A DNA stretch of 62,899 nt, filler included, from Pirum gemmata (Eukaryota): NCBI GenBank assembly GCA_002812295.1. It is 10 parts of 10 records of this genome, joined end to end, with 100 filler letters (N's around TTAATTAATTAA, not from the genome) between each part and the next. Parts side by side here need not be neighbours in the genome. Positions count along the whole stretch, not along the records: positions 25,248 to 31,355 come from PDIN01000323.1; positions 31,456 to 37,733 come from PDIN01000324.1; positions 37,834 to 43,985 come from PDIN01000326.1; 7 more parts are not named here. The stretch is one strand, 5' to 3'. The translations under genes and the position numbers were made by a program. Of this stretch, positions 27,925 to 40,239 are shown in pieces. Position 1 is the first letter of the stretch. Each line of letters opens with the position of its first letter. The notes below the pieces were generated by a model. It was given only the letters and a program-made list of their open reading frames with translations, did no database searches and had not been told where the DNA came from.

Positions 27925-28399
27925 AATTTTTTTTTTCCCACATTTTTTTCTGTAAAAAAAACAAGTATAAAAGGGATACTGTTTCCCATGAAAAATAAAA
28001 AATCACTTGAAAATCATAAAAAACATGAATGTGTAATTTTAACAGATTCGCAGTCATAAATTTTTTTGTGGTCTATTTCTCCTTTCAATAACAGGATCGT
28101 TATATAGATAAGTACATATCTGAAAGAAGAACTGAGTTTATTTTTCTTTAATAACTAGGATTAGTTATCGGGGTGGAACCTCTCTAAGTGAAAATACTCT
28201 CTTAATAGACTACGAGAGAAGGCCGGATAGCCGACGAGAACGTTTAAGGTAATAAAAGTTCTATATAAGTTTTTTTATGTTTTTATTTCACTATTTCCTC
28301 ACACACACACTATATACACTCAATTTCACAAACACTAATTACAATCACACTGTCTCATCTCCCACTTACTCTAATTACACCATCACTCACACTAATTAG

Positions 28400-28840
28400 A
28401 TGGATCCCTTCAACCTAGACCTAGACCTAGACCTCGACCCCAATCTTTTAGAAAAAGGAGAGAAACGGGAATCCGAACTAACAGACGAGTTAATTACTTC
28501 TACGATTGGAATCATCGAGAGTGCCAAGAAAACTACACAGACAACCATAGAGAGCAAAATAACCAATTGTTTGATACCACAAGCGGATCAGACCGTAATA
28601 GACGAACTAATTGATCTGAGACGACTCGGAAGGAAGGCGGTTAATAAACTAAAAGAACAAGAGAAGGAAATAACCAACTTTATCAACCAACGGGCTAAAA
28701 CTAGGGCTGACTTAAAAGGAATACTAAACGGACAAGATAAGGAAATAACCAACTTTATCAACCAACTAAAACCTCCCCTACAACCCTGTTTGAAAAAGAA
28801 ATCAAACGTCAAAAACGGCGTACGCAAACAAAAAAAATAA
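28400..28840 (+). CDS. 146-aa helical/coiled-coil-like ORF immediately upstream of Copia gag
   Basis: ATG..TAA intact, composition similar to the gag-pol ORF, internal duplicated KEITNFINQ motif, basic C-terminus; TATA-like CTATATAAG at 28261. Confidence 0.6.
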   Translation: MDPFNLDLDLDLDPNLLEKGEKRESELTDELITSTIGIIESAKKTTQTTIESKITNCLIPQADQTVIDELIDLRRLGRKAVNKLKEQEKEITNFINQRAKTRADLKGILNGQDKEITNFINQLKPPLQPCLKKKSNVKNGVRKQKK

Positions 28841-28912
28841 ATTTGATTATATAAAATTAAAAAAAAAAAAAAAAAAAAAATTGATTAAAAAAAAAAAAAA
28901 AAAAAAAAAAAA

Positions 28913-31355
28913 ATGACCATCACGAAACTAAAAATGGACCCGAGCTCCAAGCTCAACAAAACGAATTTCACCAATTGGGAGATCAAGTTAGAGTCGTATG
29001 CTCTGAATAACGATCTTACTGACACTTTGGTGACCGAAGGGAATGCCTGTAGAGAAACAGACCTAACAAAAAGATCAGCGATGTGGACTGCCTTGGTTGA
29101 TAACATATCGGACAGTATGTTTCACCATGTAAGAAGCTCTCGAAAGAAACGAAACGGCACCTTAGACCCCCGACCCGACCTGGTTTGGAGTGCAATAAAC
29201 TCCGAAGTCAACACCATCGCTGATGGTGAAAGAAAACTAATCAAAGACGAAATCGACGGCCTTACACTGAAAAATAAGGAGACAGTCGATGCCCTAGCCG
29301 ACCGTTGCAGCGTCCTGTACGAGCGATTGGCAACTCAAGAGGGGTCAAACACGACCGACAGAACCAAAATCCGAACCCTTAATGACGCACTACCGTCAAC
29401 AGATGAATGGAAGATCTTCAAATTGAACACAATGACGATTGAATTGACCAACAATAGAGCAAACTTCACTGAATTTGTTAATAGGGCAAAAATTCACCAC
29501 AAGAACATACTTAGTATGGAGAAACCAGAACCGGCAGCAGCATTAATTGTGAATAATAAATTGAACAACAAAAAGAAATGTGGACGTTGTAACTCTACCT
29601 CTCATACCCATGACGAATGTTGGGCAAAAGAGTTGAAATGCAACAAGTGTTCAAAAATTGGTCACATTCAACGAGCCTGTCGCGCCAAGAATAGCGAAAA
29701 ACCTGAAAAACCAACCGGGACGGCACTTGGTTGTTTTAAAATTGGAAGGGTTAACAACAAATCCTATCTGGATTCAGGAGCAAGTGAACACTTTGTAAAC
29801 AACGAAAGTTTGCTTACTAATGTTAAAAGAAACGTCTCTTACGCAAATGTAGCTAACGGCGACACCATCAAGTGTACAGCAACAGGACAGTTGTTAAATG
29901 GTAGGGCAAGGCTTGCCCCTGTACAGCATAACTTAACAAGTGTTATGGAAGTGTGCGACAACGGCGAAAGTGGTCAACAAATGACACTCTTTACAAGTAC
30001 TGGTGGCTACATTACAGACCTAGACGAAAAAATCGCTCAAGATATTAAAGATAAAGCCAAATTCGTGGCTAAAAGAGATGAAAACGGTTACATACTAGAA
30101 CTGGAACCCACCGCAAAAGCGAACAAGGTATCCCTAAACGAAGAGAAGTCAGCATTTGAATGGCATTGCGCTCTAGGACACAAACAAGGGAAGAAATTGA
30201 AAATGATACTTCAAGCAACAGGGGTTGACACGACCAATATTCCAGATTATATCGTATGCGACACATGTGCCAAAGCTAACATGCCGAAAGCAAAAGTGAA
30301 TAAACGGAGGAAAGTAAATTACGACGGGTATTCCAGCTGTAAAGTCTCAATGGACCTTATGGGACCGTTCCCAACGTCTCTAGGAGGAAACAAATACAGC
30401 CTCACAATATGCGAACCAATTGATAATGACAGCACGTACGTACACTCCATCCCGTTGAAAGAGAAAAAACTCACCAACAGAGTAGAAGAATGGATAAACA
30501 CCAACTATCATTACGGCTTAAACTTAACCCACATCCACACCGACGGCGGTGGGGAATTCGTTAATAAAAGGTTTGATGACCTCTGTGCCCGACTAAGTAT
30601 CAAACACACTACGACTGCCGCAGAAACCCCTGAACACAATGGAAAAGCAGAAGTGCATAACAAACTCGTTAAGCAGATGGGGAAAGCTCTATTACTACAA
30701 GCCAACTTGGACGATAGCTTCTGGGCGGAAGCCTTCGATGCAGCAAGTACAATACTTACAATCTGCAACGGGTCCTATGCTAAAAAACACAACGTAAATG
30801 TCAACCTTCAGGATTTAGAAATCTTTGGCTCTAAAGTCCTATATCGAAAAATAAGTCCAGGAAAACTTGGTGATAACGCAGTAAAGGGCATATTACTAGG
30901 ACTAGACCTCAACGCTTGTGGCAAAACCTACAAGGTCTACAACCCATCAACGAAACGAATAGTTAAAACCCGCTCGTTTAGAATTATTCAGAAACCGATC
31001 GGAAAACATGGATATGAGGCCTTTAAAGACGAAGACAGCAGTGATACACCAGACCTGACCGACAGTAGCGAGAGTGAAGGCAGTGAAGACGACGACAACG
31101 ACGATAAAGCAGAAGCAGAAACTCCAAGCAATGAGGATAACGCAAACCACAGCAACGATAAAGAACAGCAACTTCCAACCTCAAGAAAACTGACAAACCT
31201 AGCAACCGACGCTTTCGGACTAAACAAAAGAAGTGAATCCACTACTCTACCACCCAGGCAAAGACGGAAATTTGTGCACTTTGACAACTCCAATCCACAC
31301 CAGAATGAAGGGGTGCATAATGAACATTCTGGAGGGAATGCGCTATCCATTAACA
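28913..31355 (+). CDS. Copia-type Gag-Pol polyprotein (Gag, two CCHC knuckles, aspartic protease, integrase), truncated by scaffold end
   Basis: KLNKTNFTNW Gag start; CGRCNSTSHTHDEC and CNKCSKIGHIQRAC; YLDSGASEH protease; WHCALGH..CDTC; SMDLMGP, HTDGGGEF and HNGKAE with D-35-E spacing; GILLG..KTYKVYNP C-terminal integrase motif. Confidence 0.95.
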
Positions 31356-32174
31356 NNNNNNNNNNNNNNNNNNNNNNNNNNNNNNNNNNNNNNNNNNNNT
31401 TAATTAATTAANNNNNNNNNNNNNNNNNNNNNNNNNNNNNNNNNNNNNNNNNNNNAAAAAAGAAAAAAAAAAAAAAAAAAAAAACCTTATTAGAAGTTTA
31501 GAACACACCAATTCCTTTTAAAAATTAACAACGGCAGAACAACGACTAACGTCTATAAAGCAGTAATAATATTATATTATTAGGAACATTACAACAAAAG
31601 AACAATACAACTATTAATCATACACTATGTATTATTATATTATTACTATAGTATATTAATTATTATATATGAATAGTACAACAAATTAAAACCGAACGAC
31701 AATCAAATCATTATTAATATTAATAACATACCAAAGTATTAATATTAGGAAACAAGTCAATAAATTTTAAACTACAACTAAATTTAGTATATAACTACCG
31801 GTATAACCTGTTCCTCCTTTTTCAACCTACTCCTTTTTCTCAAGAAAAGGGAAAGAAAGTATAATACAACAAATTAAAACTGAACGACAATCAAATCATT
31901 AATTAACTTACACCAAAGTAGTATGAGTGTCAATATAACCATGACCTGTTCTTCCTTTTTCAGCCTGTTCCACCTTTTTCAGCCTGTTTCCTCCTTTTTC
32001 AACCAACCTGTTTCTCCTTTTTCAACCTGTTTCTCCTTTTTCAGCTCTTTTTCTCAAGAAAAAGGAAAACACTGAGGAGAACAAGGCCAATTTCTCTCCA
32101 ATTTCTCTAGCTAGCTAGAGCTGGCTGGAGCCAGCAGGTAGTCTAGTGGATCTGATAGTTTATCAAGATATGAG

Positions 32175-32428
32175 TTAGGGTTAGGGTTAGGGTTAGGTTA
32201 GGGGTTAGGGTTAGGGTTAGGGTTAGGGTTAGGGTTAGGGTTAGGGTTAGGGTTAGGGTTAGGGTTAGGGNNNNNNNNNNNNNNNNNNNNNNNNNNNNNN
32301 NNNNNNNNNNNNNNNNNGGGTTAGGGTTAGGGGTTAGGGTTAGGGTTTTAGGGTTAGGGTTAGGGTTAGGGTTAGAGGTTAGGGTTAGGGTTAGGGTTAG
32401 GGTTAGGGTTAGGGTTAGTTAGGGTTAG
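32175..32428 (+). repeat. near-perfect (TTAGGG)n array with internal N gap
   Basis: Read directly; non-telomeric sequence on both sides. Confidence 0.95.
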
Positions 32429-32456
32429 AACTGAATTTCAACAATTCTTAAGAATC

Positions 32457-32612
32457 TCAACAATTCGAAGTCAACTCGATACACCTCAATACACCTTTCA
32501 AAAAGACAAACCTTGAAAGACAAACCCTACTAGAAGACAAACCAGAAACAGAAACAGAAACTGGACGTTTCTCTGGCTGATACGTGGAATCATACCATTC
32601 ACTGTTCTAAAT

Positions 32613-32652
<40 letters not shown>

Positions 32653-33725
32653 GCAAAAAAACGGTTATATAATATTGAATAAAAAAGGATATTATTATAC
32701 TAAAAATCCTAACTATAACCCTAACTATAACCCTAACCCTAATCCTAATACATAACTAATCATAATCCTATTCCTAATCCTAATCCTAATCCTAACCCTA
32801 ATCCTAATCTAAATATACCAAAAACAATCAACCGAATTACCAGTACATAAGAAAGGGGAAAGCCGAACACAACAACGGTAGCTACGAGAGCTTCGAAATA
32901 ATTACCTAGACATAGCAAAGGTAAACAAAACAGCATTTTTTTGGTTACGTTTTGTTTTGTTGTTATATAATATTAATAATAAGAATAATAATAATAATAA
33001 TAATATTGATAAAATATAACGTATATAAAGAACAAAAATAAAAAAACACAGGGTTAGGGTTAGAAACGTATTCAAAGTATTTGATAATCTTGTAAAAACA
33101 ATAAAAAAATAAACAGTTTAACTCGTTGGGATAACAACATATTATGCAGCAAGTCTCAGAATATGAAAATTTTAGGATTTTGGAGTTCAGGGTTTGAAAT
33201 TTATTTTTACCATGATTTATAATAATAACCTCGCAAGAATAATAAATAAATATAATAAATAAATAAAATGAAAAAACGTTGAGACGATAGTGATTTTATG
33301 ATAACCCTTAAAAAATATAAATAAATAAATAAATAGCGAAATAAAAAGGCCAATAAATGCAGTTAAATTGGACAACAGGGTTAGGGTTGGGGTTGGGTTG
33401 GGGTTAGGGTTAGGGTTGGGTTGGGGTTAAGGTTAAACCCAAGACTTAAAAGATTATGGGAACGGTCAGGGTCAGAGCTGGGGTCAAGGTCAAGGTCAAA
33501 GTTAGGGCCAGGGTCAGGATCAGGGTCAGGGTCAGGATCAGGTGGGTTAGGATGAGGAGGGTCAGGGTCAGGGTCAGAGTTAGCCTAGGGTTAGGGTTAG
33601 GGTTAGAGTTAAACAATAACATATATATATATACCAAGACGTAGGTCTCGGAATAAAGCCCCGGTGTAAAAATCGTTAACAAAATTAGTAAACGACCAAC
33701 CGAAGACGCTGCTTCGGCTATCCAT
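32457..33725 (-). CDS. small three-exon gene encoding a putative single-pass membrane protein; exons 33725-33635, 32905-32841, 32606-(32457, 3' end uncertain)
   Basis: Three GC-richer islands with GT/AG boundaries and compatible phases (1 then 0) give MDSRSSVFGWSFTNFVNDFYTGALFRDLRLG/NYFEALVATVVVFGFPLSYVL/NSEWYDSTYQPEKRP... Confidence 0.55.
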
Positions 33726-34814
33726 TATTATACGTTAATGATAACAACACTAAAAGTCATAAAGTCAAAATAAAAATAAAATAAAAATGAAACAAAGTAA
33801 AATAAAACAAAATTAAATCAATAATCAAAACAATAAATCAAAAAAAGAAAAGAAAAAAAAAACCAATACATACAATCAAAATCGATCAAATCAATAATGA
33901 ATAAAAATAATGAATCATTATAATTAATAACAATAATGGATGACAGTATTCAAGGACTTTGCAATAATGAATAACTATAGAATAAAGAATAAGACAAAGT
34001 AAAATATTATCGGAGCAGATATATACACCAGAGCCTCTAGCTAGCTAGCCAGTAATACTGGGCTGCTAGACTGCTGCTAGATATACTGGGTAACTAAATT
34101 TACTATACCGGTATAACTAAACAAAAAAGAGTCAAATTTAGTAATATTTTCCAAATGTGCATGGCTTTAGACTGGCAACAACTCGTTTTTTTTCTTTTTT
34201 TTTCTTTGTTTCAACTTTCAAACTGTAGCGGACTCAGGAGTTTGAACTACTAGAGTAGCTATCACATAGTTTGAACCATGGGAAGTTGATAGACCAAAAA
34301 GAGGTCATCGAGTAAAAAATAGTATCATGATTGTATCGATAAAAATCGAGTGAAAATCGAGTGAAAAATTGAAAATAGCTGAAAATAGCTGAAAATAGCT
34401 AAAAATAGTTACAAATAGTTTAAAAATAGCTTAAAATAGCTAAAAATAGCTGCTTAACTTAAAAACAAGGAGTAATCTTTTACTTTATTTGGTTAAAATA
34501 AGTATGATAAATACCGTAACTATTTTGCTTTATTTGGTCAGTAAAGTTAGTTTTTTTACTGTTATGGAACTTATGTCATACTATGAAAGTATGAATACCC
34601 GGGTACTACACTGGTACTACTCTCTTCTGGTAGTCTTCTGGTACTACCACTATCATATTATCATATTAATATGATAACTAGCTAATCATAACAATGATAC
34701 CATCAGATATCATACTACAAATACGATAATACTACTACTTATTATTATTACTATTACAACTACTACTACTACTACTAATACTACTACTACTACTATTACC
34801 ACTACTAATATTAA

Positions 34815-34870
<56 letters not shown>

Positions 34871-35079
34871 TTAATACTACTACTACTACTACTATCATAT
34901 ATACTATGATATCAATACTATCAGATATGATACTACAGGTAGTCCCTAGCTAGTTAGCTAGCTATCGATAGGTAAAGTCGTCTAGCTATCGATATCATGA
35001 TAGCTACTAGCTAGCTACTAAGTAGTATGATAGTCATATGGTATTATATAGACTAAGGATAGACTAGCTGTTTTAATTA

Positions 35080-35950
35080 ATTAAAATTAACAAATTCCAA
35101 AAACCTATAATATCATTCAAAAACAACAGAGAATTAATCGATGGTTATCTCATAGCCATTGATATTTTCATTTTCAAAACATGACACACACTAATACACT
35201 ATAGACTCTATATACACAATATACATACCCCCGAACCATGAAGAAAAAAACAAAATAACAACACAAATCCAAAACATATTTTAACACTCGAAAATCAACC
35301 AACAACAACCCAATAATAATCACAGGGACTTCAACTCAAACCTGAACACGACAACAAACCAAACACACCAACAAACATCACAAAAACAAACCATACACTA
35401 ACCAACCTACTAAAAAATATCAATACAATTGATCCCTAGGTCTTTACACACAAAGAAAGATGTGAAATAGAAAATATCAATACCTGCGCATACAAAACAA
35501 CAAATAACTTTTTTAAAGCAAACAATAATAAAAAAATCTAGATAAGACTACATTTTCATAAACAAATCACGCATAAACAAACCAATATTATAAACATAAA
35601 AATAATAGAATCACCAACCAACAATATAAATCTAAAAACGATTTTTGACCAACACCTAATATCTATCATTATCCAACAACAAACCCACAGAATACTCAAA
35701 AACACCCAAAATAAACAAAAACATAATAAATCAAAAAATACAACTACAAAACAACATTAATTAAAAATATAATCAAAAATCACAAAAAACATGTACAAGA
35801 AAACCTCTTTACCCCACAACTTACAAGAAATCAAAACAAAAATAACACCTGAATACATCAATCGCATTTCAAAACACATTACAAAAACAACAATAAAAAA
35901 AAATCAAAAACCTACAACAACAACTAAAACACTTAAACAATAACACCTTA
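35080..35950 (+). pseudogene. A/C-rich decayed retroelement-like DNA
   Basis: Same strand bias and broken-ORF texture as 21520-22570; no diagnostic motif seen. Confidence 0.25.
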
Positions 35951-36798
35951 TTAACACCAGATGTCGTCAATGGACTACTTATTAAGTAGTTATTTATATA
36001 TAAAGCAATTAAAGGAACCTTAAGTAACGATGTAACGACTTTATTATCTATTATTAATATTGACTGATTTTCCCTTCTAAAAAGCAGAATCCCGAATTAT
36101 TTTTCTATCTAATGTGAAATCCTCTTTTTTGGGTTATGTACTTTTGTGCTGCCTGCGTTGTTTACACCGGGATTATAGAGTGATTATAGCAGGAGCACTG
36201 CAGGAACGCTAGACTTCATTAATAGTGGGTAGTCTTTAGGTGCCTATATAACCCACACTTCGTAGCTAGCAGCTAGCTACTAGCTAGCTAGAGCACTTCC
36301 CTCAGACACTTCCAAAAAAAAAACAAAAAAAAAGTGAAAAAAAGAAAAATTTTGTGTAAAACAACGACAGAAAAGTGACAGAAACAACAAAAACATTAAT
36401 ATGCTCAAAGTCCAAAGTGCTCCAAACCACTAATAATAATACAAATAATACCTCCAAATAGTTGGACATGACAAACAGTAGAGGTATGCAACACATAGAA
36501 GAAAAAACTGAAGAAAACCTCGAAACAAAAACCTTTAAAAATAACAACCTAAACAAAGTCTAAACAACCTTTGGAATAATATAGGGAATATACTGGGAAT
36601 ATCATATCATAATATCTTTTTGATAGAACTAGTTAGCTACGGTGGCTAGCTGTAAGCTAGCTACGGTGGCTAGCTGTATTTGACCAGAAATTGGCGGTTA
36701 GACTACTATTAGACTATAGTTAGACTATTATCATAATTATGTAGTATTTGAAGATTTTCTCAACATTTTTTTTTTTAATTTTATGGGAGTGCCAGAAG

Positions 36799-37027
36799 TA
36801 GGGGTGAGATGACGTCATTTTATTATTACCGAACAGCTGCCAGAACTTTTCCGATTTTATGGTTTTTATTACTATTAATGTTAATATTATTACTTTAATT
36901 GGTATCTACTATAATTGGATTTACTATTTTCAGCTATTTAAGTGCTATTATTAGTAAGGAACACGGAACTAAGGTTGGCTCGATAAGCATCTGTTCGAAA
37001 AAAGTTCCAGTAGATATCTCACCCCTA
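36799..37027 (+). mobile_element. MITE family C copy
   Basis: TAGGGGTGAGAT TIRs; closely similar to 14022-14250. Confidence 0.88.
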
Positions 37028-37625
37028 CTGCCTGCCAGTGCCACCAAACTTTTTCTTTTGGGCTAAAGATTCTAAATCGGGAGTTTTATTACGACTGATA
37101 AATTTCTTCCTACACTTTTATATTAATATTTTCGAACATATAATTATATGTTCAAACATATATAATTACTTATGTTTGAGAGATTCGAACAGAAGTCAAA
37201 ATTTTTTCCACCCCGAAAAGTTAAAATCGATTTTTCTCGGTAAGTTTTTATTTTTTTTTGGGTGCCATCAAAGTTCAAACCTTTTCTTTTGAGCTAAAGA
37301 TTCTAAATTCGGTGTTTTATCGTGATCGATTAATTCCCCCCTAGACTATACTTTTATAATTAATTTCGGGTAAAATTTAACGTTTTGGGCTCGGATTTTA
37401 TTTCTCGAAAAAAAAAAAAAAAAAAAAAAAAATCTACCCTGGTTTTTAATTTGCCCCAAAGAACTCCCAAAGAACACTTTTTTATTGTGGCTAAAATTTT
37501 TATTATTTTTCTATTTGAAAATCATCCAAAAGTTGGTAAGTCATGGGTACTGGTACTAACTATCATACTACTACTCTAGCTAGTAGCGACTACTACTAGT
37601 AGCTAGTATCATAGTAGTCCTGGAC

Positions 37626-37733
37626 CAGAGATGTCAAATCCGAGGTTTTTTCGAGAAATTTCCCGACCGACCGGACCGACTAGTTTTCCTTCCCGAACCG
37701 ACCGGACCGTTTAATTTTTTTTCCCGACCGACC
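37626..37733 (+). mobile_element. one end of a hAT-like DNA transposon (runs off scaffold)
   Basis: Starts CAGAGATG, followed by subterminal TTCCCGACCGACCGGACCG-type repeats (x3). Confidence 0.5.
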
Positions 37734-38723
37734 NNNNNNNNNNNNNNNNNNNNNNNNNNNNNNNNNNNNNNNNNNNNTTAATTAATTAANNNNNNNNNNN
37801 NNNNNNNNNNNNNNNNNNNNNNNNNNNNNNNNNAATAATAATAATAATAATATTGTTATTAATAATTATCATGATCATCATCATTATTATTATCATTAAT
37901 AATATTATTAAAGATAACAATAACAATAACAATAACAATGACAATGACACCAAAAATTACAATGACACCAAAAATTTTGGAGTCACGGTTTTCAGCCTTC
38001 ATTTTTTTTGTGTTCTTTATTTGGAAGAATATTTACCAAAAATAAAACCATGACGTACATTCCGTTACGTCATCATTTTTTTTATTAATAAATCGTCTTT
38101 TCTTTGATCCAGATTACAACAAAAAAATGAGTGGCGAAAAAAAATAAATGTTAATTAAAGGTCTATTGAAACAGAGTTGTCTAGACTATAAACCCGCCTG
38201 GTCGCCCATTGACCCACGGCGGACGACCTTTTTTGCTGGGCCTCAAAGCTCGCCTGTAAGATTAAAAAAAAAAAATTTAGGATTTATTTTGTCACTCCGA
38301 ATATTTATTTGGTTGTTTATAATATTTTAATTGATAGTTTTAAATAAATACATATAAAATAAAATATACCAAATTAAATGAAATGGATTTGTATTGTATC
38401 AATTTGGTACTCTTTATTGTATATGACAAAAAAAGTTTGACTTCTGGCCTGTGGGTAAAATTTATTGGCCTCTCGTGGTCTTGTAAAAGGGTTCAGTCTT
38501 GGCATAAATCATCTTTAAAATCTATGTCATGAATATAGACATACGTATTAATATTACCATAAACATGTCTGTTCTTGTTGTAGTTGTTCTTGTTGTTTCA
38601 AAGACCATGTCTGTTCTTGTTGTAGTTGTTCTTGTTGTTTCAAAGATACTTTTTTAAACGTAACAGCGAGAAATTATTTACAATATAGGCCCAGGCCCAT
38701 ATTATGCTGTATGAATGTATGAT

Positions 38724-39783
38724 AACTACCTGGCTATACAGAGGCTATGATGTAGGCTATTATGTATCATAGTTGACATTACTCACATTAGCCCTAACTT
38801 CCCTAACCCTAAGAGGCCTAAGGCCTNTTAGCCCTAACTTCCCTAACCCTAAGAGGCCTAAGGCCTCCTTGACCCTAAGGAAAAAAAAAAATTTGAAAAA
38901 GCTCTTCCGAATCCATGAAACTATCAATCCGACCGAAATCCGAAAACTTTTCTCGAATCCGTCCGATTCAGTAAAAAAATTCCGACTAGGTTAATAATAA
39001 TATGTAATAAAAATATATATATATTGCTTTTATCTACTAATTATACCACCGTATTATTGTAGATTTGTCATCTAAATCGGGAATAAACACCACCACCTCC
39101 TACCAGTGTCACTGGCAGTGGCAGGTGAGCCTAATGAGGGCAGCCTCAGGCAGATGAGGTAGGTGATGGAGAAAAGTTATATATTTATTTTTTTAGTTTT
39201 TTATATTATCATAAACTTTATCATACCATAATAAAGAATAGAAATTTTTGCTGTCATCTACGAATTATCGCACCATAAATCGGGAACTACCTGGCTATAC
39301 AGAGGCTATGATGTAAGCTATTATGTAGTTGACATTAATCACATTAGCCCTAACTTCCCTAACCCTAAGAGGCCTAAGGCCTCCTTGACCCTAAGGAAAA
39401 AAAAAAATTTGAAAAAGCTCTTCCGAATCCATGAAACTATCAATCCGACCGAAATCCGAAAACTTTTCTCGAATCCGTCCGATGCAGTAAAAAATTTCCG
39501 ACGAGGTTAATAATAATATGATATGTAATAAAAAAATATATTTATCTACGAATTATAGCACCGTATTATTGTAGATTTGTCTTCTAAATCGGGAATAAAC
39601 ATTAAACACCACCACTTCCTACCAGTGTCACTGGTAGTGGCAGGTGAGCCTGGTGAGGGCAGCCTCAGGCAGATGAGGTAGATGATTTTTTTAGTTTTTT
39701 ATATTATCATAAACTTTATCATACCATAATAAAGAATAGACATTTTTGCTGTCATCTACGAATTATCGCACCGTAAATCGGGA
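38724..39783 (+). repeat. tandem duplication, unit about 560 bp
   Basis: aactacctggctatacagaggctatgatgta begins at 38724 and 39285. The units include TCCGA-rich segments resembling the reverse complement of the hAT subterminal region at 46200-46320. Confidence 0.9.
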
Positions 39784-40185
39784 AAAAGCACCATCAGTGG
39801 TCCACCACTCTATTGCCAATTTAACAATGTATACTTCTATCATGGAAATATTGCCATTTACAATGTATACTTCTACCATGGAAATATTGCCATTTACAAT
39901 GTATACTTCTACGATGGCAATAACTATGGAATTATCGCCATTTTTTTTTTTTTGTTGTTGCATGGAATTATTGCCATTTTTTTATGATAATACAATAATA
40001 CAATGGTCATTAGATGTACTTTCCCACATCATTTTTCATGCAAAAAAAAAACGTATAGACTATTCGCAAATAATTTCAAGAAAAAACATGTGGGTAGCAG
40101 CGCAATTTTAATTCTGCGAAAAAGATAATGGAGGTCAGGGTTGTGGGGCATTTTTGACAAAATTAAATTGTTAGTTCCCATTTTA

Positions 40186-40220
<35 letters not shown>

Positions 40221-40239
40221 ATTATTAAATAAAATTTAG

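Larger units (their letters stand above)
28070..31355 (+). mobile_element. Ty1/copia LTR retrotransposon, 5' part (left boundary uncertain; RT/RNase H beyond scaffold end)
   Basis: gag-PR-IN order is diagnostic of Copia; uninterrupted ORF; composition differs from the AT-rich flanks. LTR and PBS could not be delimited. Confidence 0.85.

Noticed and set aside
27865..28093. TGTTG...TAACA as the Copia 5' LTR
   Set aside because: No second LTR is available for comparison and no recognisable tRNA primer-binding site follows; left unresolved.
32175..32428. True chromosome end
   Set aside because: Non-telomeric sequence is present on both sides of the array; it is interstitial or a scaffolding join across the N gap.
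35962..36256. Possible solo LTR (TG...CA, TATA-like motif)
   Set aside because: No target-site duplication and no second copy in the window.
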